A stretch of 61,707 nt of DNA, the filler included, from Jimgerdemannia flammicorona (Eukaryota), in assembly GCA_003990765.1 (NCBI GenBank). It is 2 parts of 2 records of this genome, joined end to end, with 100 filler letters (N's around TTAATTAATTAA, not from the genome) between each part and the next. Parts side by side here need not be neighbours in the genome. Positions count along the whole stretch, not along the records: positions 30,915 to 61,707 come from RBNJ01000425.1; 1 more part is not named here. The stretch is one strand, 5' to 3'. Shown one piece after another: positions 47,315 to 60,900 of this stretch (its first letter is position 1; every line of letters starts with the position of its first letter). A program made the position numbers and the translations under genes. Below the pieces are notes generated by a model, which was not told where the DNA came from, did not search any database, and saw nothing but the letters and a program-made list of their open reading frames with translations.

Positions 47315-48365
47315 TTACATAGTGACATTGGAGGACAAAAAGTGAAAATTCTCATTAATACAGAAGTAGCTGTCTATATTATTGCTAAATGATTTCTGGA
47401 TACCCACTCATAGCCCATTGATGTACCATCCAACCTTAGCATTATAGTAGCATATGAAGCCTGAATCCAATCCCTTGGAGAAGTATGAAATATCACCATC
47501 TATCTGGAACACATTTAGTTCTCTATCCTGAAAGCTGTTGTCACTGAAGCTATCACCTATGACATAATTCTTAGCACCAACTAGATGAAGGAAATAAATG
47601 TAGTTGTTGATATCAGTCAATAAGTACTCAAGCTTGACTACCAAGACAATAAATATAGAGTTAAGGTGACTAGCTATGAGTAATTAAAGAAGAAGAAGAA
47701 GGTCACTATCTAGGAGAAATATATCTGTAGTAAAGAATATACCACAGAAGAGGAAGAAGAATCTGAAGCTGAAAATGATCCTAGGCTCAATCCTCAAATC
47801 AATCTAGTAGATGACAGGCCAGAAGACAATATGAGGGCTAGAAACACCATCTCCATTCCTTTTGGAGCTATTCCATAATAGATCAAAGGATGTCTCATCT
47901 TTCTCAAAAGATACAGTACCTTGAGCACTCCTCTAAGATCATTGGGACAAGAAATATGCATGGCACAGTCTGCCCTGAGTACAGAAGAAAGAAGAAGAAA
48001 TACAGACATATTCTAGAAACACCTGCAGCCAAAGCTACAGAAGTACAAGCAATCTGAGATCAAGATCATCTGAGGAAGAAGAAACCCTTGAACAGGAGAT
48101 TTCTGAACAAGAAGTATCTGAAGAAGAAGAGGTTCCCAAACTCATTCTCTGGGATGACCCTTGCTGGATACTACTTAAAGATAATGACCCTTGGAATATT
48201 GAAGAAGGACTCAGTTTAATTCCCATTATCCCAAAGTGAGAAATACATCAGGAAATATCCTTTTAACTAGAAAGATATCCATATCAAATGCTCTTCCACT
48301 CTCCCCAAGACTACTGCTATTAGTGCTATCTATTGGATCAATAAGAAAGACAGAGACTCTGAAGA

Positions 48366-48793
48366 GAAAAATTTAAGAGATAGATTGGTGGGTGGGATTG
48401 GGAATAAATGGCTCACTGTTGGGTGGGTTTTGGCTGTATGGGTAGAATTGACTGGACACTAGTTGTTTGTTTTTGAGGAGGGGCAGTAGTTGAGTTTGGG
48501 TGAGTAATTAATGAAATGGAAAGAGTTGATGGAGATGTCTTGATAGATTGGTGGCTGGGGTGGGGTCTGCAAGGAGGTCATTATCACTGTCTAGTGGAGA
48601 AGATATATTGGCAGAGTGGGAAGAGAGTTGTAGTGAGAGATAAGAAAGTAGCATTCAATCATAAAGATGTGGGGAGAGGTCTCTCTTAGGAGATTAGGTA
48701 GTGGGTTGAGATATTGTAGTTAATGGAATCATAAATTATATATTGTTTTATAGAATCTATTGATAATAAAGAAGTCCAAGTGACTATAAAAAA

Positions 48794-48830
<37 letters not shown>
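48366..48830 (+). mobile_element. 5'-truncated LINE (3' ~430 bp plus poly(A))
   Basis: Same terminal motif AATAAAGAAGTCCAAGTGACTAT(A)n, and a degenerate TSD ACAGAGACTCTGAAGA / ATAGGAACCATGAAGA. Confidence 0.82.
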
Positions 48831-48833
<3 letters not shown>

Positions 48834-51800
48834 GGAACCATGAAGACTAGAACTCCCAACTATAGTTATATAGTCAACCACCTTCCAAGAAGTCACCACA
48901 AGGTTACAAAGTTGATTTAGAGGATAAGGTCTCTTTATCTGAATAGAAGTATAACTCTTGGCCATCCTCCCCCCTACTTATGACCAAGATAGATACTGAT
49001 TTCCAAGACAATAAGAGATTAATAGCCAGAAAAAGCATTTTCAAACAATGGGATATTGCAATCATGGAGGACATCCAGACTACCAAGACTGCAGATACCA
49101 GAAGATTCACCTCAGCCAGAATGTTACAATCCATACAGTGAAGAGAGAGGTCCAATTCAAAAAAGTCAAGCCAAGAAACCAGGAAGAAGATCTCTCAAGA
49201 TTTATGATTTGAGAGAAGATATCCTAACTCTCATCAGACATATAACCTACCAAGGATGGGTAGAGGATGCCACCAATTTCATGAAAGCTCTAGACCCTAC
49301 AGGAAAAGAGGAATCAATTATCTCCAAGATCTCTCTACTGGAGCCAGATGGCTGCACCTTAACCTCAGTGCTTGGAGACTTCCTGCCAGTAGAGCTTCAG
49401 CCCAAGGACAGCCTGAACTTAGTAAGAATGTTGCCCAGTATGTTCTGCTATATCCCAAGGCCAAACCCCTAATAAAAGTTCACTAAGAAGATATAGGGTA
49501 TGACCTCTACAGTCTGGAGGAAGAACTCATCAAATCTAGAAGAACATTGGTATTCAGAACTGGACTAACCATATAGCCACTCAAATGAACTTATATCAAA
49601 CTGACCTCAAGGTCTGGACTTGCCAGGCAAGGAGTAACTGTAGAAGAAGAAACTATAGATCTGGGATACACAGGTAAAATTAAAATCATCCTGTAAAACA
49701 GTAGTACAGAATGATACTAAATTCTTAGAGAAAAGAAGAATACTCAAGCAGTCTTCATGAAAATAAAGACTCCACAATTGCAAGAAGTCTTCACCTGACT
49801 GAAGGAATAAGACAAGCTGAAGGATTTGAAAGCTCAGATAAGAAAGTATATCTTCTTCAGATCAACCACCTCAAGAAGAATGCCTCTTAGTAAGTATATT
49901 GCCAATTAGTCAAACTGTACAAGAATCTCATCCTGGAGCCTAGAGAGCAAACCACTATCAAAATCTTTATACCACCTAATCCCAGAAACCTCTTCTTTGA
50001 ATTCAATGAAGATATCACAAATCTGGACATTGAAGGATATATATTCCCCAATAAGATGAATCCAGTATATGCCCAAGCAACCAACCAGAGTTGAGAAAAC
50101 ATCATCTTGCTAAAAGGAACCATCAGTACCTTCCTTTAAGTGAACTTACAGAGAAGTCTATATGCTGAACCTATTGGGAAACAGAAAAAGGTCCCAGAAG
50201 AAAGAAAAGGCCCCTCTGCAATCCAGGAGACAGTGAAGTCTTCCACCAACATTGGAGAAGAATTGATAACTCAGCAATGGCAACAACTAGTAGAACTCCT
50301 CAACAAGTATCAAGATATCTTCACAACTGATTATGGTAACCTGCCATACAACCAATCATATCACCATAATATAAATATAAGAAATGCAACACCCATCTGG
50401 CAGAAACTCTATAGAATATCCCATCACCTAAAGATATTCAAAAGGAATACATTTAAGAACTCTTAGACAATGGTGTCATCTGATCCTCTCCAGCCATTAG
50501 GCTCCATATATTTATTATACCAAAGAAAGGAAGATGGAGACTCTGTGTAGACTATAGGAAACTCAATTAAGTCACTAAGAAGGATACCTACTCTTTGTCC
50601 AGAATTGATGACCTCTTGGACCAGTTATAATATGATAGATACTTGAGCAGTATAGACCTTTTTGCAGAATTCCATGAGATCTCCATGGACACAAAATTCA
50701 TTTAGAAGACAGCCTTCCTTTCTTTAGGAAAACTGTTTGAATATCTCTGAATACTCTTTGAACACTGTAATATACCCCCCACCTTCCAGAAAATGATAAA
50801 CTCAGTCTACGGCCCACTGATCCACTACTATTTGATTGTATATATGGATGATTCAAACATCTATTCAGCAAATTTTGAGGAACACCTACATTACCTAGAA
50901 GAATTCTTCAAGCTCACCTACAAGAGCCACCTGAGACTCAATACCAAGAAAAGCTACTTTGGAAAACAGAAACTTGAATTCCTTAGATTCATAGTTTCAA
51001 AAGAAGCAATCTATATAGACCTAAAGAAAGCTAAGAAGATCAACAATTGGCCAGTATCCAAGACTCTTAAGGAAACACTATCATTTCTAATGCTAGTATC
51101 CCACTATAGAAAGTTTATCAAGACTTTGCCCAGATTGCTGCTCCAATTCAAATCCTTCTCAAAAGGAATATCTTATAAATAGATGAAACTACAAGAGAAA
51201 GCCTTTAAAGAACTTAAGCACCAATGACCACAGTATCAATTCTTGTTCAGCACAATCTACAAAGCCATCTATCCTGTATACAGATACCTACAAAGATGGC
51301 CTTGGAGCAGTTCTAGCCCAAGAAGGATCTGATCAATAGCACTATATACATAATAGCTTATGCAAGCTGAGCAATTAATCAATAGCAAACCAACTATGGT
51401 AGCACCAAACTGGAATATCTTGTAGTCATATGGGCTGTCACTCTGTTAAAGCATTATCTCATTAGAAAAAGGTTAACTCTGATAACTGGCCATATAGCTC
51501 TCAAATGGCTATTCAACTGTAAGGAACCTATCAGAATCCCAGCACACTGGATTCTTATTCTTCAGGATTACAAAATCACTATTATTTATAAAGTAGAGAA
51601 AGCTCACAATAATACTGATATACTTTCCTACCAACTCTTATGAATTAGAAGAGTATACATACTGAGGAACTACACTCTAAAGGAATCTCATCAGACTCTT
51701 AAGATACAAGAAGATCTTATCTGAATAGAATACCAGAAAGTCTACCAAGGATAGGCAAATATAGAAAAAAAGCTGCAAACTATACAAACATTGGCCCAGT

Positions 51801-52695
51801 CTCAGAATACCAATCTAGAACATACTCTAGAAATGTGACATCTGCCAGAAGTACTAAGGAAGGAAGAACCATCGAGCACTACTATATATATATAACTAAT
51901 TATACCACCAGATAATATCTTTCAGAGATGTGGAGAAGATGTAATTGAACCTCTACTAGTTATACTGAAAAGGAATAAGTATATCCTTGTATTTGTGAAA
52001 TATCTGACAAAGTGACCTAAAGCTTGCTCAATAGAAATTACAGATACCTTGACCATAATAGGCCTTCTCCATGAACTCACACTTAGATATAAACTCCCAG
52101 AAAAACTCATTTCTGATTGAGGCACAGAATTTATCAATAACATAATCACAAGTTATGCCCAAATTCACAAGATCTATCTCAAATAGACTATATCATACCA
52201 CCCTCAGACCAATGGTCTGATAGAGCAAATGAATCAAACTATTTTGTTTAAGACAATTCTACCAACTGGGACCTCTGCTTACCTGAGATCCTATGGGAAA
52301 TTCAGAACACCCCTGCTGCCTCCACCAAACAAACCTTTGAGATAATGTTTGCTAAGAAAACCAGAACTACTGATCATGAGAACCTTGGAGACCTCTTCAA
52401 GAAGGCAGAACAGTTATATAATCAAACATGAGTTCAGATTATCAAGACCCAAGAGTGACAAAAGAAGTACTATGACTAGAAGCAGAAGGATTATAAGATC
52501 AAGAATAGAGATCAAGTACTAGTTTGGAGAAGCATAATTGAAACAAACTTTGCTACCATATTAGAGCCCAAATAGAAAGAACCTTATCAGTATACAATAT
52601 CAGAGGAACCAGCATCTATTTAAGAAGTATGAATGGATGAACTCTGAGGATACCAGTATATATCAATTATCTCAAGATATATCTCTCTCTATACT

Positions 52696-53213
52696 ATGAA
52701 CCAGACAATTGACTAGCACCTCCAGACCCTTATCCTGAGTTCATTCTAATTACTTCCAGTTCCCCTCTCACAATTCTGCCAAGCTAATGGAAACTCCCTC
52801 TAATGAATCCAGATCCATCAGGAGAACCTCACCCTGGCCAGATATTTACTATGTATAAGTCTACCAGCTACAAACCTACTATATAATTGAAGAATAGTTA
52901 TAGAACCTTCTAGCCCCAGATCTAACCTATATCAGAAACTCCACTGATCTGACTTAGAAAAAACACTACTACTGCAGACAGACTGTACACAATCTACAAA
53001 AGAAATACCCCAGCCCCAATATAGGCATAGTTCTCTCTGAATGACATATAATAAATGAATTCCACCACCTACCTGAGTATCATCAACCATGTTGAAATCC
53101 TGTTCCCAGAAGAAGAGAATGAACCCATTAAATAGAGTGACTCTAATCAAAGATAAGATAACAGTTCAGATATTGATGCTGAAGATGCTTATACATACTG
53201 AAATGATGACTAA
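52696..53213 (+). pseudogene. Family C accessory ORF3, copy 3
   Basis: MNQTID(Q)HLQTLILSS..YQLQTYYIIEE..NTTTADRLYTIYK..DIDAEDAYTY, with frameshifts. Confidence 0.65.
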
Positions 53214-53254
53214 TAGATAGTCCAAGGACAGACTATTCTTTAGTAAGGGGCTGA

Positions 53255-54598
53255 TATGACAAGCAGTAGAATTGTACTGCTGAAATTATAAATTAGCCAC
53301 ATATTATATTTAGTATACTAAGTAATCAAGACTACTTTACTGGCCCAATCTGTATAATTAGCCAGAGATACCAGAAACAGTATGTTTATCTGTACTAGTT
53401 CAATACACTGTACCAAGTCAGTACACCATACTAGTCCAGTACACTGTACTGTTCAGGAATATTTGCCATAGATAGTAATATATAATTAGTAATATAGTAA
53501 CCAAATAGCAACCACAACTGTCTAAAATACCCCAGAAGAGTGAATAAACCTCAGTCTGAAAATCAAAGCAAAAGACAAGTCTGCCTATTATACTTTAAGA
53601 AATATGCCTGCCAAAAGCCAATTGATTCAGGAAGGATTGCAATACTAAGGAGAAACACCTACTCTAAAGTCACTACTAGGAGATTGTGAGCTTATTTTTC
53701 CCTCTGATCTACTTTCTGATACAAAGAATGAGTTCATTTTAAGAGAAGTATGTTTTGGTTCACTTGCCAGATAAGTCTGAAGAATCCACCAAGTTCAAGA
53801 TAAGAACTTCACTACTTTTTGAAAATCTACCATTCTCAGAAAGTCTGCCTATATTTCAATATAATTCAGTTCTTTGATACAACTTCTCAGTGGAGCCATT
53901 CCATCTAATGTAACCCTATACAAATAAAGTCAGTCTTAGATATAACTTGCCAAGAATCCATAACATCTGAGTTATCTATGACATCTGAGTTATCTGAATT
54001 AGCCAGGTTATCTAAGTTATCTGAGCTATTTGAATTATTTGATTTATCTGCACCATCTGAGTTATTTTCCAGAAGTCCACCAATTCAGAAAGAATCTATG
54101 ATATCTGAAACTACTCATATCATCTAAGTTATCAGAAGTTATCAAGTTATTTGATCTTTTCAGAGAACTCATCAATTCAGGAGAATCTCCACCAAAACTA
54201 AGTTATCTGCCAAATCAAGTTATCTGTCAAATTATATAAGGAAACTGCCAAATTATCAGACTGCATCACATAAGGAACCTGCTTGCACTACACAGAGATC
54301 ATTGCACTAGAGGTTATATACCTTTGGAGATTGCTGCCTCTCAAGAAGAAAAACTACTAAATTGTCAGACCATTATACATATTATACTACATACAAATTG
54401 CCGCTATACTCAGAAGAACCATCTCAATAAGCTAATTAACTTAAGATATCCAGCTTTGACTATTATACCACTAAATACCAATAAGGATACTAGGATGCTT
54501 AGAACATTTTGTTGCTTTTTAACAAAGTAACTAGGGGTTCAAGCCAAACTACAACCTCCAACCTTATAATTTGTCTCTATTGAGTCGAGCACATTACA
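53255..54598 (+). repeat. Family C copy 3 3' LTR (1344 bp)
   Basis: TATGACAAG...CATTACA after the PPT-like AGTAAGGGGCTGA. Confidence 0.85.
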
Positions 54599-54738
54599 AT
54601 ATATTTTAAATTATATTATTTAAATAATAAATTAGTTATTTATAATAAATTATTACATATCTATAGGCCTATGGAAATTTCTACCAAAATTCCAACTAGT
54701 AGTTATAGTTATTAAATAAAGTATAACTATATATATAT

Positions 54739-54918
54739 TCCTTATTCTGTAATATAATGCAGCCAAATTTGGCTGCAAAAAAATTTTAAATTTTTTAAAT
54801 TTTTTTTGACTTAATATTTATTATAAAATTATAAAAAAAAAAATTTTTGAAAAAAGTTAGGAAATTTGAAATTTTTTTTTTTTTTGCAGCCAAATTCGGC
54901 TGCATTACAGAGTAAGGG
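54739..54918. mobile_element. 180-bp TIR MITE with ATAT flanks (piggyBac-like termini)
   Basis: TCCTTATTCTGTAAT..GCAGCCAAATTTGGCTGCAAAA / TTTTGCAGCCAAATTCGGCTGCATTACAGAGTAAGGG, with ATAT on both sides. The superfamily assignment is tentative. Confidence 0.65.
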
Positions 54919-55765
54919 ATATATGTATTCAATATATGATATTTAGTTATAGCTTGAAATCTGTATAAATATCTTCTATACTGGTACATTATAACCTCAG
55001 CTCTACATTCTCTAATTATAAGAATAAAATAGTATTCAAAAGAAGAACTCTCAGACTCAATGTATTAATAATTCTAAGTCTAATTAACTTGAAATATAAG
55101 TATGATACCTCTATCACTAGTATAAGAATCTAAAAGTGATATTTAGACTATACTATTATAAAAGATAATTAGAACTTAATTCTTCCACATAAAAACTCAG
55201 AACTTAGAACTGATAGTTATCTTAATTATCTATAATATATTATTATAATTTAGTAGTAATAGAAGTTATACCCACTCATGAGCAAGCTTCCTCAAGAATA
55301 CCACTATAAATATTGACAACTCAGTCAATATTACTAATATTATATAATAACTAAAGAATATCTTCACTCTGGCTATTTTTTAGAACTAAGCCAAAGAAAC
55401 TAATAGAATTATTACTAAGTAGACTGAGACCTATATCAGTCAAGAGAAATTCAATATACTCCATAATAAAATTTTTTAAGAAATATTTTACATATTTATT
55501 ATATTTAATAAAAGTTACCCACACTTAAGGAGTTAGAAGAGAATTTAAAAGATTTAACAACTCCTTTTACTTAGACCAAATAGTTGGCTCTGCAACTAAG
55601 CCATCAGAAGAGTGAGTACATATCTCAAGCTTTAGAGACTACAAGCATAGGCTCTAAGGAGTGCTGACAGGTGTACCTTGTCTCTTAGGTATAGGGGTTC
55701 CATCTGGTCTTTGTGGTATAGCCATAGCTTCTAGTTATAGTAAGTTACAAAGATTTCTAGAATTT

Positions 55766-55948
55766 TGGGCAAGACAGCAAGAGAGCAAGATAGTAAGATA
55801 ATAAGATGGGTAAGATAATAAGATGGGCAAGATAAGCAAGATGGGCCAGATGGGTAAGATGGACAAGACAGACATAACAGAAAGATGGCAAGATGGGTGA
55901 TATGGGCAAGATAGGCAAGACAGGCAACAGGGGCAAAATGGACAACAG
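55766..55948. repeat. Second, more decayed array of the same 9-mer (AAGATGGGC orientation)
   Basis: Reverse-complement match to the unit at 15088-16059. Confidence 0.85.
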
Positions 55949-56199
55949 AAGTATATGATCCTTTCACTGGTAATATTCAGGTGACACAAGACTTAGATAA
56001 CACTTTCTGCAATATTTTTGGTAAAAGGAGACTATCAATATAGACAGCAATGACTATACTGGTGAGTATATCAGCCAGAGAGGCAGCAGTGCCTTTGACT
56101 AGCAGTATGTTGGAAGGAGACAGGGAGATGGTTTGGGGATGCCAGAGCCTTCAATGGTTGGTCGCAGCATTGGTGGTGGAGGGAGAGGTGAATTGAGGC

Positions 56200-57938
56200 A
56201 ATAAGGAGGGGGGAGGATGACCTTTACTGACAAGGTTAAGATGGGGAGAATGGCATCTGGTCTGAATAGTTGGTTGAGACTGGGAAAGGTGTTGACAGCT
56301 ATGGTTGGGGGACAGAGAGGGGCCCCCATGGGAGGGTTGGACAGTAGGGGAGAGGGGGAGAGTAGGAGCTGGAGATGTGACTACTGATGGTGCTGTGACT
56401 AGAGATCTGGAAAAAAATTCAGATGTGACAGTTGTTGGCAGATCAGAACAGGAGGAGGGCACAAGGCCCAGGGATCTGGCAGATGGCATGACTGACATGG
56501 TGTTGGCACTGTTACTCAAAAGGTTGAGGTCAGAATTCACTACCACATTGTGCTTCTGAGGCTTGGCAGTGAATACAAGAATGATGTTGGGGTTGGTGGC
56601 ACAGGAGGTGAAGGGGGTGGCTTTAGTGAAGTTCTTGAAGGAGAAAGAAGAGGTCAAGGTTGGATTTGTGAAAGAGGCATCATTGTTAGAGGCTGTGGAG
56701 AAAGGGATAGTGATGGATAGGGCAATGGTTTCTATGATCAGGTGTATGCACTGAGACCTCTGAGTGGTATAGTTGACAGTATTGGATCTTCCTACAGTAT
56801 TAAGGGAGAAGGCCAGAGAGCTGATTGTAGAAGTAATCAAGGAGTATAGAGAGATTGTGGACATCAGGTTCAGAGTTGGAGAGGGTACTGAACTCTGGAC
56901 AGAAGATGTCAACATCAGGGTGAGACTGGCTAGAAGGGAGAATACAGGGAAGACAAGGGACTGGCCAGTTGGGACAAGTTGAGTACAAGGTCATACAGGT
57001 GAAATGGATGCCAGAGGAAGAGGAGAACTTGCTGGAGGCTCTTGAGGATCTGGCAGGAGTAGTTAAGAGGAAGAGACTGGCTTGGAAGAAGTATTAAGCC
57101 AAGACAGTGGTGGAGATTGTGGATGGAAAGAGGATCAGAATAGACAAGGTGGCCTGGGAGAAGGTGTAGGGTAGGCAAATCCAGAAGAAGTTATTGGAGA
57201 AGCTGGGAGAGAGGGTGGCTGATAGTGGGGTGGGAGAAGGTGATGCTGGACTGAGAGAGAGTACCTGGGCTGGGGAGCATGAGATGGTTCAGCATGTGGC
57301 CCAGGGTGGATCGAGTGAGGAGGGACTGGGCAGCATAGTGGAGGATGCAGGAAGTATACAATCAGTATAGTGTCCTGAGTAGGGCAGAGGGGGAGAAGGA
57401 ACTACTAGACATACTGGAGGAGGAGTGGGATGAGTCAGAGAGGAGGAGCACTTTGGTGGACCCTGTGGTGGGGGTCGAAGGGGTTGCTCAGAGTGTTGCC
57501 AAGGTGGTGGATAAAAAGAAGTAACTGTGAAAGACTCTGGAGAGGGTGGGCCTGAGAAGCTGGGGGGAGAGGACTTCTGGATACTAAGTGATAAGCATTG
57601 GAAGGAGATTTTACATGGTGAGGAGGTGCTAAGAAAGATTAGGAATGAGATCTTAGTAGTGCTCTTAGAGTTGGTGGAATATCAAGTAGATGATCAGAGA
57701 GAGGAGGCCCTCTGAGGGATGGCAAATAACTAGGTGGAGTACTTGTGGAATTCAAAGAAGGGGTTAGAGAAGTGGAGAGTGGTATGTACAGATTATCAGG
57801 CAGAAATGGAGGTTGTAGATGGGGTGGAGTTTTAGGAAATCCTGGAAGTGCTAGATGCTCAGGCTATAGTAGAGGATGAGTTAGAGGCAGAGTGGTACTT
57901 GGATCTGGCTGGTGATGAGATGAGCATGGAATACTAGA
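56200..57938 (+). pseudogene. LINE ORF1
   Basis: Homologous to ORF1 at 34867-36624 (RRM-like segment at 56563-56982). Confidence 0.65.
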
Positions 57939-57968
57939 TGGGGCTCTCACTATCAAACATTATTCAAT

Positions 57969-60900
57969 ATGAACAGTACAACTAGAATCTTTTCTTTGAA
58001 CATGAATGGGTTGAGGGGAGTGGCATGGGGAAGAAATATCTTTAGCTGACTGAGGGGACTGGATGTAGATCTCTTCTTACTACAGAATGTATAGTATGAG
58101 ATAGATATAGACTTATAGGACTGGACTAGAGAATGGGGTGGGGCAGCTGTGTAGACTTAGCAGAGTGGGCATTCTGGTTCAAAAGGGGATGGGGAATATT
58201 GGAGATATTGGACATTAGGGGAGTAGGTTGATGTAGGGAGTATGGCAGAGGCCTAGATGGAACCCTTTGAGTGTGGGGTCATATTATTGCCCAGCTGAGA
58301 GGGAGGAATACATAGATTGGATCAGAGACTTGAGAGAGGCTGGTATTATGAATGAGGTAGAGATTAATTGCCTGGGGAGTGATTTTAACATAGTACATGA
58401 TAATGAGATAGACAGGACTGATGGCAGAAGAGGAATGAGAAGCAGAAGTGGTGGGTTAGATAATTGGATGGAGATTGAGAGGTTGAGCTCCTTGGTTGAC
58501 TTAAGGTGACAGTTTTGAGTGAATCGCCGAATTTATACCCACAGGGTGGCAGAGCTGGGCTCTATGATTGACTGGGTATTAATGGCAGAGTGCTGGGGAG
58601 TAGATGTCTGGGACATACTGGAGGTGGTTCAGTGACAATGGTCAGATTACTGGGGTCTAATAGAGAGTGGGAGATTTGGGGGAAATCAGGATAGGTCTGG
58701 ATATTGGTCACTGAATTCTACTTTATTGGAGGATGGTTTCTTATAGACAGACTGAGAGGTGGATAAGAAGATTGGTAGGTGGCAGGAGTAGGAATTGGTG
58801 ATTGGAGATTGCTAGTGGTGGCTGAAATCGAGTGCTCAGAGGTACTGAAGGGAGGCAGGGAAAGGGAGGAGTGCTCAGCAGCAATAGCAAGTGCAATGGG
58901 CTTCACAGGGAATGACAGTACTTCCGGAGAGGTGGGCAGGGTTGCTGGAGGATTGGGGGGTGGCTGATTGGCGAATTCTGCAGATACACAAGAAAGTAGA
59001 TGAGCTACAGGAAGTGCTATAGATGGCGGAAGAGGTTCAGCTGAAGGGAATGGTGGCAAGACTATGGTGGCAGGGGTTGGAGGAGGGGGAGAGGCCCACT
59101 AGATTTCTTTCATAGTTGCTCCAAGCTCAGAAAACCAGACAGCAGTAGGATGGTATTTTGAATGAAGATGGAGAGATGGTGGCAGGGACTTCTAAGATTT
59201 TGGGATTGCTGAGGACTTGCTGGAGGAATTTATGGAGTGAAGAAGAAGGGAGTGAGGATGCTCTGAACATTGAACAGCAGTTGGAGGATTGGCATCAAGA
59301 CCCAGCACTGGGTCTGGGGATACTGAGAGATCCAGTGTGGGGGGAGGAAGTATGCAAGGTCTTGGTTTTGACAACTAAGAGGACAGCTCCAGGAGAGGAT
59401 AGACTTCTCTGGGATTTTTGAAAGAAGATGGCTGGGGTGAAGGTAGTATTGGAGGAGATGATGGTGATGAGTGGTGAGGTCCTTTGGTCTGGAACTTGAA
59501 TTGAGAGCCAGTGCCTAGGGCTGGTCTCCTTGCTCTATAAGGATAAGAGGAGAAGAGTAGATTGGAATTACTGGTGACCAATCATACTTCTTGACATGGA
59601 CTGTAAGCTGGTGACAAAGATCTTGGTGACTAGGCTGTAGGAGATTGCTCAGCAGATACTAGCAGTGGAGCAGAGGGGATTTGTTGGTGGTCAGTTGATC
59701 CAAGATGGAACTGCCTGGGTTCATGGGGTGATTGAAGGGGCTTAGGCAGCTGGGGTTGATGGCTGGTTAGTGTTTCTGGATCAGGAGAAGACATATAACA
59801 GAGTGAGGAGGGTCTGGCTGGAGGGAGTGCTGAAATGTATAGGAGCTCTCCCAGAGTTAAGGAGGTCATTAAATAGTCTATTGGAGAATAGTCAAGCAGT
59901 ATTAGTAGTAAATGGGCACAGGGGTGTAACTTTTCCACTAGGTCATGGAGTGCCACAAGGGGATCCTTTATTACCCATCCTTTATACCCTTTCTTTAGAG
60001 CTCTTATTGGACAGGATTCAATGTCAAATTGGGTGTTTAGATATATTGGGAATTAACTGGAAGGTTGGGGCTTTTGCAGATGATATGGTGGTTGGACTGG
60101 GTTCATTGGAGGATGTGGAGGAATTAAGGAGGACTGTGAAATAGTATAAAAGAGGCTCAGGTGTTCAACTCAACTGGCACAAATGTGAGACTCTGGTGCT
60201 AGGTAGTAGAATAGTTGGTAGTAATATGATTGGAACAGTGGTTCCAGCAGAAGAACTGGTCCAGTACTTGGGGATATACTTTTCAGTATATGGGTCCCTT
60301 CTGCCCCATACATATATTGTGAAAACAGCAGCTACTAGTATGGGGGAATGTTCTCTTGAGATGGAGTAGTTGGCATATATCCTTGGTAGGAAGAGTGATG
60401 GTGCTGAATATGTATTGGCTGCCAAAGCTGTGGTATGTAGGGTATCATCTAGACTTCCCAGCATAGGTGGTCAGGCAACTTCTGAAGATGGTAAGATCAT
60501 GGATTTGGGCCAGGTAGCAAAGTCAGATAGGCTGGGAGGTTCTGACTCTACCTGTTGACAGAGGTAGGCTGGGATTAGTAGACTTTACCAAGTGTCTATA
60601 TTGTCTAAGAGTATGGTGGCTGAAGAGGGTGAGTGAGTTGAGAGGCTGAGAGTGGGTGCCACTTATGCAGAGGGTGTGGCAAGTCTGGTATTCTCCTTGT
60701 AGAGGAACTGGTGACCTGCTTGCAATGGTGGCCATGGATGGGAGCAGGAGGATGCATTATAAAGACATTTGGTAGAGAGTGGTGGATGGTGTAAGGAGAA
60801 TTGGACTTCAGTAGAGGGGTGATGAGGGGGTGGAGGATTGGGGACCACAGATGTGGAGATGGGACCAGCTACTATTGGGAGGTATATTGGTGGAGGACAT

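Larger units (their letters stand above)
47315..54598 (+). mobile_element. Ty3/gypsy family C copy 3 (from within protease to 3' LTR), most decayed
   Basis: Starts at (L)HSDIGGQKVKILIN directly after the copy 2 LTR. dUTPase, RT, RH, IN and ORF3 remnants are colinear with copy 1. Confidence 0.9.

Noticed and set aside
54960..55700. AT-rich stretch that may be a decayed coding remnant
   Set aside because: No recognisable motif or sustained reading frame.
55710..55735. Possible Helitron 3' end (decayed hairpin TGTGGTATAGCCATAG + CTAGT)
   Set aside because: The hairpin-to-CTAG spacing is too short, and no 5' TC end or RepHel sequence was found.
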